Assembly (NCBI GenBank): GCA_038087875.1
Contig: JAXLNO010000469.1
Span: 1-64,000, forward strand
Direction of reading: 5' to 3'
From: Malacoraja senta
Taxonomy: Eukaryota
Length of the DNA: 64,000 nt
Position numbers and translations under genes: made by a program. Positions 38,393 to 49,421 of the stretch are shown here, piece after piece; within the stretch, counting starts at the first letter, position 1, and the number at the start of each line of letters is the position of its first letter. The notes under the pieces were generated by a model. The model saw only the letters and a list, made by a program, of their open reading frames with translations. It ran no database searches and was not told where the DNA came from.

Positions 38393-40273
38393 AAAGATTT
38401 AGGTTTAGGGTGTTTTAGATGGATAGAGATCTTTAGAATGGTTTTGAGGGGGTTTAGAGGGGGTTGAGGGGGTTCGAGGGTGTGGTGTTTAGAGGTGTTT
38501 AGTAAGTTAGAGAGTATTAGAGGGGTTTCGAGGGTTTTCGAGTGTTTTAAATGGGTTAAGGGGGCTTTAGAGTGATTTACATTTGTTTAGTGGGCTTTAT
38601 ATGGGTTTATAGTGCTTTAGAGTGGTTTAGAGCGGTTTCGAGGGATTTAGAGTGGTTTGGAGGGGTGTAGAGTGGTTTAGAGGGACTATGGAGGGCTTAG
38701 ACGGGTTTAGAGGTGTTTAAAGGCATTTAGAGCGGTTTAGAGGGGTTTAGAGGGGTTTAGTGGGGCTCAGAGGGGCTTAGAGGTTTAGGAGGTTTCGAGA
38801 GAGTTAGAGGGATTTCGATGGGTTTCAAGAGGTTTAGAGCGGTTTAGAGCGGTTTAGAGGTGTTAGAGGGGTTTAGAAATTATTATAGTGCTTTAGAGGT
38901 GTTTAGAGGGATTTAGAGGGGTCTGGAGTGGTTTAGAGGGGTTTAGACGGGTTATGAGAGGTTGAGATTGATAGAGGGGTGAGAGGGCTTAAGGGCGGAT
39001 TAGAAGTTGGTAGAGGGGGTTCGAGGGGGTTAGATTGGTTTAGACAGGTTTAGAGGGGTTTAGCGGGGTGTAGATGGTTTTGGGGGGTTTAGAGGTGGCT
39101 AGAGGGGGTTAGTGGTTTGGAGAGGCTTAGAGTGGGTTAGAGGGAGTTAGAGGGATTTCCAGGTGTTTAGATGTGTTTAGATGTGTTTATTGGGATATAG
39201 TATTTTGGAGAGGTTTAGAGCGGGTTAGAGGTGTTTAGAGGGAATTAGTGTGGACTTAGAGGGCTTTAGATGTGTTCAGGTGGCATTAGATGGGGTTTAG
39301 AGGGGGTTTTAGAAGGGTTTAGAGTGGTTCAGAGGGGTTTTGAGAGGATAGAGGGGTTTAGAGGTGTTTGAATGTATTTACGGGGTTTTAGAGGGGTTTA
39401 GAGAGGTTTAGAGTGGTTTCGAGGGGTTCTGAGTGGCTTAGAGGGGTAGAGGGGTTAGAGAGGTTTAGTGAGTTTTAGAGGGACGGAGAAGTTTAGAGGG
39501 ATTTTGAGGTGTTTAGAGTGTTTAGAAGAGCGTAAATAGGGTTAGAGGGCTTTAGAGCAGTTTAAAGGTGTTTAGAGGGCTTTAGAGCGGTTAAGAGGTT
39601 TAGAGGGGTTAGATGGTTGTTTCGTAGTGGGTAGAGGGTGTTACAGTTGGTTGGAGAGGTTTAGATAGGTTTAGAAGGGTTTAGAGCGGTTTAGAGGGCG
39701 TTGGAGCGGTTTAGAAGGGTTAGAAGAGATTAGAGTGGTTTAGAGGGGTTTATACGTGGTTAGAGGGGTTTCGAGGGTCTTAGAGAGCTTTAAAGGGGCT
39801 TAGACCTGTTTACAGTGGTTCAGAGGTGCTTGGGGGGACTTGGAATTGTTTAGAGGTATTTAGAGGACTTTCGGATGATTTAGATGGGTTTCGAAGGTGT
39901 TTCCATTGGTTTAGAGGGGTTCAGAGGGCTTTAGAATTGCTTAGAGGGCGTTAGAGGGGTTTAGATTGGTTTAGAGTGCTTTAGATTGGTTTCGAGGGGT
40001 ATAGAGGGGTTTAGAGAGGTATAGTGATGTTAGAGGGTTTTAGATGGGTTTCGAGGGGTTTCGAGGGGTTTCGATGGGTTTAGAGTGGGTTAGAGGGGGT
40101 TAGCTGATGTTTAGAGGGGTTTTGATGGGTTTCGAGGGGTTTGGAGATTTAGAGGACTAGATGGGCATAGAGGAACGTAGAAGGGTTAGAGGGATTTAGA
40201 GGTGCTTAGAGGGTTTAGTGGGGTTTAGAGGGGTTTAGACTGCTTTGGAGGAGGTTAGAGGTGTTCAGAGGAA
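38393..40273 (+). repeat. Degenerate 10-bp telomere-like satellite, G-rich on the plus strand, (TTTAGAGGGG)n
   Basis: Recurrent GGGGTTTAGA units with many substitutions and indels; strong G/T skew. Confidence 0.92.
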
Positions 40274-40480
40274 TTTTACTTCGGAGTCACGCGAGTGATT
40301 CCGTGAAGAAGCCCCGCCAGGGCGCATGCGCGTCATTACATCAGACGCATGGCGCAACGACGGGCTGGCAGGGCGCAACTCCATCAGCGGTAAATTAAAA
40401 ACCCGCAGGTAAGTTTTTAAAAACTCACTGTGGTCGTCTTTTGCGGTCTGTAAGTCTGGTTTACAGGAGCTAGCAGGAAT

Positions 40481-41755
40481 ATGGAGAAGGCGGTGAAAGG
40501 AAGGCTGATGCGCGCCGCCGGGAAAACAGCTGGAGAAGACCGCGGGAGTGCGGACAGCGGGCCGGCGCCCATTTCACCTTCTGAGCCGCTGGCAGTCCGG
40601 CGAGTGGCAGCTATTCAGGTGCCGATTGACAGCACCATGGCTACCCCTGTGGGGAGAAAAGCCACCAAAGAATCAGTAAGGCCCGTGGACTCTGATGAGT
40701 CGGGCCAGGAGGATTCTCCTCCCACTATCAGCGACGTCTGTGGACGTCTAGCAAAGATGGAGCACCTGATGGAGAGGATGCTCCATCATGACATGTTCCT
40801 GGAGGAACTTTATATCCGTGGGTCACCCCATGGGCCCGTGGGAGCAGCCTCTACTGGAAGGCTGCATAGGGAAGATCTGCTCCGTGACGAGGAGCCTTAT
40901 ATCCGCGGGTCTTCTTGGGGGCCCATGGCAGCAGCACCTTTAGAAGGGCTGCATAATGTCTCCCTCATGGAGGAGGCGAGCTTACCGGGGCAGTTTTGTT
41001 CCGACCCTGAGGTTGGAGGTATTGCGGAGCAGCATACCCCAAGGCATGAGAGCCAAGAGCCAGGGGTGCCGGACATGGCATCTAAATTCGCCATACCAAC
41101 AGGAACTGGTGAGCCATTGGACGAAGACCTGGCCAGAACCATGAATTATATGCCTTCCCATCAGTTACAGGATTTAACGATGGAAGAAACAACGAACAAA
41201 TATGAGACACCTACTAACTGTGCCTCAATAAAAGTGCCTACTGTTAACCATGCCATTTGGGGGCACATGGGTGCAAGCATCAGAGCCCAGGAGTTAAGAA
41301 TCCAAAAGTTCTTAAAGCTGCTTGGGTCAGGCATTACTGCATTTGCAAGATCAGTCGATGGGGCGCCCCTGTCTGATATTCAGCAGGATACTTTGGCACT
41401 TATGTGCAATGCACTTTTCGAAATAAATTGTCTTCGGAAAAGTGCAATAAGACCAACTCTCAACCCAAAGTTTGCAGCTTTGTGCAAAACAACCAATGTG
41501 CAGCCGCCGAACCTGTTGTTCGGTGAGGATCTGTCAAAACAGGTCAGAGAACTGGATGACGAGGCGAAGACTGTCGGTCTCATTAAAGCACAATCGACCG
41601 GTAAAAGACCGTTTCGCCGATTGCACCCCTATAGACGGTTCACTGAGGCTGGTTCGGGTCAAGGACAAAGCCAGGCTCTGCCATCTGTGCGCAATTGGCG
41701 TACCCCAACACTTATTCCCTCCAGAGCTCGGAGGCAAAGGTATCCACCAGCGATT
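40481..41755 (+). CDS. Gag-like ORF1 of the DIRS/Ngaro element; 3' boundary approximate, since in this copy it reads on into the RT N-terminus up to 41986
   Basis: Long open frame from ATG 40481 directly upstream of the RT; the assignment is positional, with no diagnostic motif. Confidence 0.6.
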
Positions 41756-43132
41756 ATGGAGGTAGGTAGATCTGGTTCGGTTCAGGACATGTCATATATG
41801 GAGCAGTCACAAGTTGGGGGTAGATTGCAGTTGTTCTTCATTGAATGGTGCTGCATAACATCAGATTCGTTTATACTGGAGATCTTCAGGTGTTCCGAAT
41901 TGAGTTCATTTTTAAATTGCGTCCACCCACACAACATACACCGAGTCGGACATTGGTGTTTTCATAATCAGAATCTTTACAGGTAAACGCTGAAATTAAA
42001 ACCTTACTTAAAAAAGGGGTAATTGAGAAGTCGGTTCATCAATCTCATCAATTTGTGTCTAATATTTTTCATAGACAAAAGAAGGATGGTGGGTGTCGAA
42101 TCATTCTTGATCTATCTCGACTTAATTCCTATCTCCAGTATAAACATTTCAAAATGGAAACTTTTGTTACTGCTAAACAATTGGTTCCCAAAGGATGTTA
42201 TATGGCATGTATAGATCTGAAAGATGCGTATTATTCAGTGCCGATTCATTACGATCACCGGAGATATTTGAAATTTAGCTGGATGAGACAATTTTGACAG
42301 TTTAAAGCATTGCCTAATGGGTTAACCTCAGCTCCTACACTATTTACACAGTTGTTGAAACCGGTGTTAGGTTTACTCTGGGCTCAGAGTCATATTGTGA
42401 TGGCCTATTTAGATGATGTTCTAATCATAGGCAAGACTCAGGAATCAGCTGAATTGTCTGTCAGTCACTAAACATATGTTTGAGAAGTTGGGGTTTCTCA
42501 TCCCTCCAGCTAAATCAAAATTGATACCATCTAGAATCATTGATTATTTGGGGTTCACCATTGATTCAACTCACATGTTAGTGTCTCGGCCTAGAAGCAA
42601 GAGATTAGAATTAATGGAAGCTTGTACCAATCTTGTTGACGAGCAGCAATCCTCCATTCGACGAGTGGCTAGTGTAATTGGCAAATTAGTGCCTGCTTTC
42701 CCTGGAGTACAATTTGGGCCTTTACATTATCAAAATTTGCAACGTGCTAAGGAATAGGCACTCAAAGCACATGCAGGTCATTTCGATAGACTCATGCGGT
42801 GGCCAGTTGAAGCCATTACTGAGTTACAGTGGTGGATAACGAATGTTTCACGTTGCTCTATTAAAATTCTGGCTAATCAACCTTCAGTTGTTTTAAAAAC
42901 CGATGTGAGTGCCTTCGGATGGGGAGCCACTGATACCAATTCTAGCTGCGGCGGCAGATGGAATGTGCATGAGGCATTAATTCTTCAGGCGCATGGTATT
43001 AACTATATAGAATTGCTGGGAGCATTCTATGGCTTAAAAGTGAATTGTTTTGCTATGCATGATTTACATGTTCAGCTCCAGATTGATATCACCACAGCAG
43101 TTGCATACGTCTATCACATGGGCGATATCTAG
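41756..43132 (+). pseudogene. DIRS/Ngaro RT-RNase H, disrupted
   Basis: Motif-bearing fragments at 42055-42297, 42476-42757 and 42794-43132, separated by stops and frameshifts. Confidence 0.88.
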
Positions 43133-43140
43133 TCGGTATG

Positions 43141-46100
43141 TAAACCCCTGTAAACCCTCTAACCACATATAAATACGTGTAAACGCTTGTAAACTCCTGT
43201 ACACCTATGTAAACACCCTGTAAACACCTCTAAACCCCTGTAAACACCCCCTAAACTTCTGTAAACGTCTGTATACCCCTGTACACCCCTCTAATTCCCT
43301 CTAAACACATATAAAGCCCTCTAAACCCTTCTACCCCATCTGACTCCCTGTAAACCCCATGTAAACCACTCTAAACCACTGTAAAGCCCTCCAAACCAAT
43401 GTAAAGCTATCTAAAACACTCTAAACCCCTCTAAACCCCATGTAAACAACTCGAATCCTCTCTAAACACATGCAAATGCCCCTGTAAACCCCTGTAAACC
43501 CCTGTAAACCCCTCTAAACCCATATAAACACATGTAAACGCTTGCAAACACCTCTAAACCCCTGTAAACCGGTCTAAACCCCCTATGCAAGCCCCTCTAA
43601 CACCTTTTAAACCCCTCTAAACCCATGTAAACCTCTCTAAAACCCTATAAACCCCCTGTAAACCCCTCTGAACCTCTATCCACCTGTAAACACGGGTACA
43701 CGCCTATAAACCCATCTAAACCCCGCTAAACCCATCTAAATCCCTCTAACCCCCTCTAACCCTCACTAAACACCCGTGAACCCCTCTAAACCTGTGTAAA
43801 CTTCTCTAAACACTTATTATCCCCTGCAAACCCCTGTAAACCCCTCTAAGCCCCGGTAAACGCCTGTAAACCGCTCTAGACCCGATGTAAACCCCCTATA
43901 AAGCCCTCTAGAAAAATTTAAACCCCCTGTAAACCCAATGTAAGCCCCTCTAAACACATCTAAACCTCTCTAAACCCCTCTAAATACCTGTAAACCAATG
44001 TGAACCCCTCTAAAACCCTCTAATCCACTATACGCCTGTAAACCCCATGTAAACCCCTCCTAAACTCCCGTAAACCCCTCTACCCATGTAAACCACTCTA
44101 AAAACCTCTAACCCCCTCTAAACACCCTCTAAACCACTCTAAACCTCTCGAAATACCTGTAAACACAGGTAAAAACCTACAAACCCCTCTGTCCCTCTAA
44201 AACCACCTATAAAACCATAAACGCCTCTAAACCCATTTAAAAAACTCTAAACCCCTGTAAACCCATGTTAATCCCCCTAAACCCATGTAGATCCCTCTAA
44301 ACCCTCGAAAACCCTATAACCCTCTCTAAACCCATCTAAACCCACTCCAAACCCCGCCTGCTCTAAACCTCTCCAGACCTCTCCAAACCTCTCCGAACCA
44401 CTCCAAACCCCTCCAAACCCCACTAAACCGCTCTAAACCCCACAGAAAGCACTCTAAACCCCCCTATAAACCACTGTAAAGCCCATGTAAAGCCGTCTAA
44501 ACCACTGTGAACCACTCTAAACGCCTCTGAACACCAATAAATCCCGCTAAACCCCTCTAACCTCCTGTAAACTCCTCTAAACCGTTCTAAACCACTATAA
44601 AGCCATGTAAACACCTCTAAACCCATCTAATCCCCCTGTAAACACCACGTATACCCCCTTAAGCCCCTGTAAGCCCCATGTAAACCCCTAAACCCATCTA
44701 AACCCATGTAAACCTCTTCAAAACCCTCTACACCCCTGTAAACCCCTCTAAACCTCTCTACACCTTTAAACACCTGTAGAGCCCTGTAAACCCCTCTAAA
44801 CCCCGCTGAACCCATCTAAAACCCACAAACCCCTCTAAACTCCTGTAAATCCTTCTAAATCCCTGTAAACCGCTGTAAACCCCTCTAAACACTCTAATCC
44901 CCTATACAATCCTGTAAACCCCTGTAATCCCCTCCAAACTCCTGTAACCCCCACTAAACCCCTCTCATCCCAAACCCCTCCAAACCGCTCTAAACCCCTC
45001 CAAACCCATCTAAACCCCTGCCAACCCCTTGTAACCCCCCTAAACCGCTGTAAACACCATGTAATCCACCTAAACCGCTGTAAACCCCTCTAATCCCCTG
45101 TAAACCTCTCTAAAACCCTCTAAACCCCTCCCCAGTAATCCCGTCTAAACTCTCTAAACACCTACAAACACCTATAAACCCCTCTAAACCTATCTAAACC
45201 CCTCTAAACCCCGTATAAAGCCCTCTAAACCGCTCTAAACCCATGTAAACCCCATGAAACCTCATGTAAACCCCTCTAAACCCTTGCAAACTACTCTAAA
45301 CCCCTCTAAACCCCCTGTAGACCCCTCTAAACCTCTCTGCACCTGTAAATACCTGTAAATCCCCTGTAAAGCTCTCTAAACCCAACTAAAACCCTATAAC
45401 ACCCTCTAAACCCCTGTAAGTCCTTCTAAACCCACTGTAAACCCCGTAAACCCATCTAAACTCCTGTAAACCCACGTAAACCTCTCTAAACACATCTAAA
45501 CCCCAGTAAACAACTCTAAACCCCTATAAAACCCTCTAAACCACTAAACCAATGTAAACCCATCTAAACCACTGTAACCGCCCCCTAAACACCTTTAAAC
45601 ACCTCTGAACCAGTCTAAACCCCCCATGTAAACCTCTCTAAACATCTCTAATCCCGGGTAACCCCATCTAAATCACTCTAGATCCCCAGAAACCCCTGTA
45701 AACCGCTGTAAACGCATCTAACCCACTCTATACCCCTGAACATCCATCAAAACCTCTGCAAACGCCTGTAAACCCCTGCAAACCACTCTAAACCCCTCTA
45801 AACCCCTATAAACACATCTAAACCACTCTAAACCCCTCTAAACCACCCTAAACCCCTCTTTCCCCGGGAAACCCATTGAAACCCCTCTAAACAGCTGAGA
45901 ACAGATCTAAACACCTCTAAATTCCATGCAAACTCCTCCAAACCCGCCCAATCCCCTCTAAACCCCTCTATACCCATGTAAACACACTGTAAGCACCTCT
46001 AAACTCCTGAACACTCCGCTAAACCTCTGTAAACGCCTGTAAACACATGTACACCCCTCTAATCCCATCTAAACATCTAAAATGCCCTCTAAACACTACT

Positions 46101-49100
46101 AACCCCATCTGAACTCCTGTAAACCCCATGTAAACCACTCTAAACCACTAAAGCCCTCCAAACCCATGTAAAGCTATCTAAAATACTCTAAACCCCGCTA
46201 AACCCCATGTAAACAACCAGAATCCTCTTTAAACACATGTAAACGCCCTGTAACCCCCTGTAAAACCCTCTAAATCCATCTAAACACCTGTAAACGATGG
46301 TAAACTCCCCTAAACCCCTGTAAACCCGTCTAAACCCCCCATGTAATCCCCCCTAACACACTTTAAAACCGCTCTAAACCCATGTAAACATGTCGAAAAC
46401 CCTCTAAACCCCTGTAAACCCATCTGAACGTCTATCCACGTGTAAACACCTGTACACCCCTATAAACCCATCTAAACCCCGCTAAACCGATCTGAAACCC
46501 TCGATACCGCTCGAAACCCCTGTAAATCCTTCTAAACACATGTGAACCCCTGTAAACCCCGCTAAACCCCTCTAAACCCTTGTAAATCCATGTAGACCCA
46601 TGTAAACCTTTCTCAACATCTCTAAACCCCGGTAAACAACTCCAAATCCCTCTAAACCCATCGAAACACCTGTAAATCCAATGTAAACGCATCTAAACCG
46701 CTCTAAACACGTCTAACCACCTGTTAACTCCTCTAACCCCTGTAAACCACTAAATCTCTCTAAACGCTCTTAACCACTTTAAACCTCTCTAAAGCCCTGT
46801 AAACCCATGTAAACTCCTCTAAACTATTCTAAATCCCTCTAACCCCCCGTAAACCTACCTAAACCCTCTTTACACCCCTCTAAACCCCTCTGAAGCCATG
46901 TGAACCCCATTTAAACGCATCTAAACCCCTCATAACCCATCGAAACACCTGTAAACCCATCTAAACCCCTGTAAACCCCTCCAACCCCCCTGTAAACCCC
47001 TTTAATCCCCTGAAAACCCATATAAACACCGCTAAACCCCGTAAACCCCTCTCAACCACTCTAAACCCATCTGAAGCACTGTAAACCTCTCTAAACCCCT
47101 CAAAACACATCTAAAACCCTCTAAACCACTGTAAATCCCATCCGAACACCTCTAAACCCCTGTAACCCCTCTAAACCCATGTAAACACCGCTAAAACCCT
47201 CAAATGGCCTTGGAGCTCCTGTAATCAGTATATTGATTCATGTGTGTATATATTTATAGAATGGTATACGGACACACTGATCTGTTTTGTAGTGAATGCC
47301 TTCTATGTTCTATTGAGCTGAAGCAAAGCAAGAATTTCATTGTCCTATCAGGGACACATGACAACAAAGTAACTTGAACTTGAACTTGAACTCGAAACCG
47401 CTCGAGACCTCACTAAACACCTGTAATCCCTTGTCAACCACGGTAAACCCCTCTAAATTTCTCTAAACCACCCTAACTCATCTAAAGCCCTCTAAACCCC
47501 TCTAAACCAATGTGAACCCCTGCAATCCTCTCTATAACTCTTTAAAGCCCTGTAAACCTCTCTACCCTAAAAACTAAATCCCAGTAAACCTCTGTAAACA
47601 TCTGTAAACATCTCTAAACCCCTCAAAATCTCTCCAACCCCCTCTAAACCCTTCTTAAACCCTCCAAACACCTCTACCCCCTCTAAACCCCTCTAAACCA
47701 CTCCAGACCCCTCCAAACCGCTCTAAACATCTCCAGACCCCTAGAATCCCCTCCAAACCTATCTAACCGCCCTGCAAACTCAATGTAAACCCCTGTAAAC
47801 CCATGAAAACCCCCTCTAAACCCGTATAGACCCCCCTAAACCGCTTTAAACCCCCCTGTAAACTCATCTAAACACTATAAAGCCCTATAAAGCCCTCTAA
47901 ACCCTCTTTAAACCTCATGTAAACCGCTCTAAACCCCGGAAAACACAATGTAAAGCTCCCTAAACCTCTCTAAACCACCCTAAACTCCTCTAAACCCCTC
48001 TAAACTCAATGCTCTCTAAACACCAGTAAAAACATTTAAACCCCTGGAAACCACTCTAAATCCCTCTAACCCATCTAAACCCATCAAAAACCAGCTAAAC
48101 CGCTGTAATTCCCTCCAAATCACTCCAAACCCTTCTAAACCCCTGCAAATCCCTCTAAACCCCTGCAAAATCCCTATATCCCCCTCTAAACCCCTCTAAA
48201 CACATGTAAACCTCTGTAATCCCCTGTAAACATATCAAAATCTCTCTAAACCCCTGTAAACCAATCTAAATTCCTCTGAACAACTGTAAACTCATGTAAA
48301 CCCCTGTAAACCCCCGCAGAATCCTCCAAATCCCTCTAAACTCTTCTAAACACTTCTAACCCCTCAAAACTCCTCTATACCCAACTAAACCCACTGTAAA
48401 CCCCCTAAACGCCTGTAAACTCCTGGAAATCCCTATAAAACTCTCTAAAACCCTCTGAACCCCTGTACACCCTTCTAAACCTCTCTACACCTGTAAACAC
48501 CTGTAAACCCCTTTAAACCCCTCTAAACCCCGCTAAACACTGTAAATCCCACTAAACCCCTGTAAACAACTCTAAATCGCTCTAAAACCCTCTAAACAGA
48601 TGTAAACCCCCTGCAAACGCATCTAAACCCCTCTAAACACCTCTATCCCCCTGTTAACGCCTCTAACCCCCTGTAAACCCCTGTAAACCCCTCCAAACCA
48701 CTAAACCCCTCTAAACCCATACAAACCGCTCTAAACCTATCCAGTCCCCTGCAATCCCTCTCCAATCCCCTCCAAACCCCTCGAAATCCCATCCAAACCC
48801 CTCTAACGCCCTCTAAACCCCCTATAAAGCGCTCTAAACCCATCTAACCCTGTAAACCACATGTAAACACGCCTAACGCCCTGTAAACCCCTGTAAAACT
48901 CTCTAAACCCCTATAAATCCCTCTAAACCAGCTTAAACCCCTCTAAACGCATGAAAACCTCTGCAAACCTCTCTAAAACCCTCTAAACCCCCTTCAAACC
49001 TCTCTAAACACCTGCAAACACCTGCAAACCCCTTTAAGCACTCTAAACATATCTAAAACCCTCTAAACCCCTCTAAACCCCTGTAAATCCCTCTAAACCC

Positions 49101-49421
49101 CTGTAAACCCCTCTAAACACCTGTAAACCCATCTAACCTCTAATCCCCTGCAAATCCCTGTAAACCCCCCTAAGCCCCAGTAAACGCGTGGAAACCCCTG
49201 TAAACCCCTCTAGATCCATGTAAACCCCCTATGAAGCCCTCTAAACCATCTAAGCCCCTGTAAACCCCGTGTAAATCTCTCTAAACCCCTGTAAACTCCT
49301 CAATAACCCTATAAACGCCTGTAAAGCCATCTAAACCCCTCGAAACCCATGTAACCCTCTGTAAACTATATGTAAACACCTCTAAACACCTGCAAGCCCC
49401 TGTAAACCTCTCTAAACCTCT
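43141..49421 (-). repeat. Degenerate 10-bp satellite, C-rich on the plus strand, (TAAACCCCTC/G)n
   Basis: Reverse-complement family of 38393-40273; resumes briefly at 52330-52350. Confidence 0.93.
47205..47396 (+). mobile_element. 3' UTR remnant of a non-CR1 LINE (Rex1/Babar- or L2-like)
   Basis: Non-satellite island ending in a hairpin TGTCC-TATCAG-GGACA, then ACAACAAAGT and an (AACTTG)3 tail; clade assignment is tentative. Confidence 0.65.

Larger units (their letters stand above)
40274..43140 (+). mobile_element. DIRS/Ngaro-type (tyrosine-recombinase class) retrotransposon, 3'-truncated
   Basis: Gag-like ORF followed by a DIRS-type RT (VGGRL..F..W..IT.D, KKDGGCRIILDL, FKMET, IDLKDAYYSVPI, LPNGLTSAP, YLDD, YLGF) and RNase H (KTDVSAFGWGA, INYIELLGA, DITTAVAYV); ends before any recombinase ORF. 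Confidence 0.88.

Noticed and set aside
40481..41986. Host gene for the 501-aa ORF
   Set aside because: It is intronless and runs into DIRS-type RT motifs, so it is best explained as retrotransposon gag.
38393..49421. True telomere
   Set aside because: The unit is a degenerate 10-mer, not tandem TTAGGG, and it is internal and interrupted by old elements.
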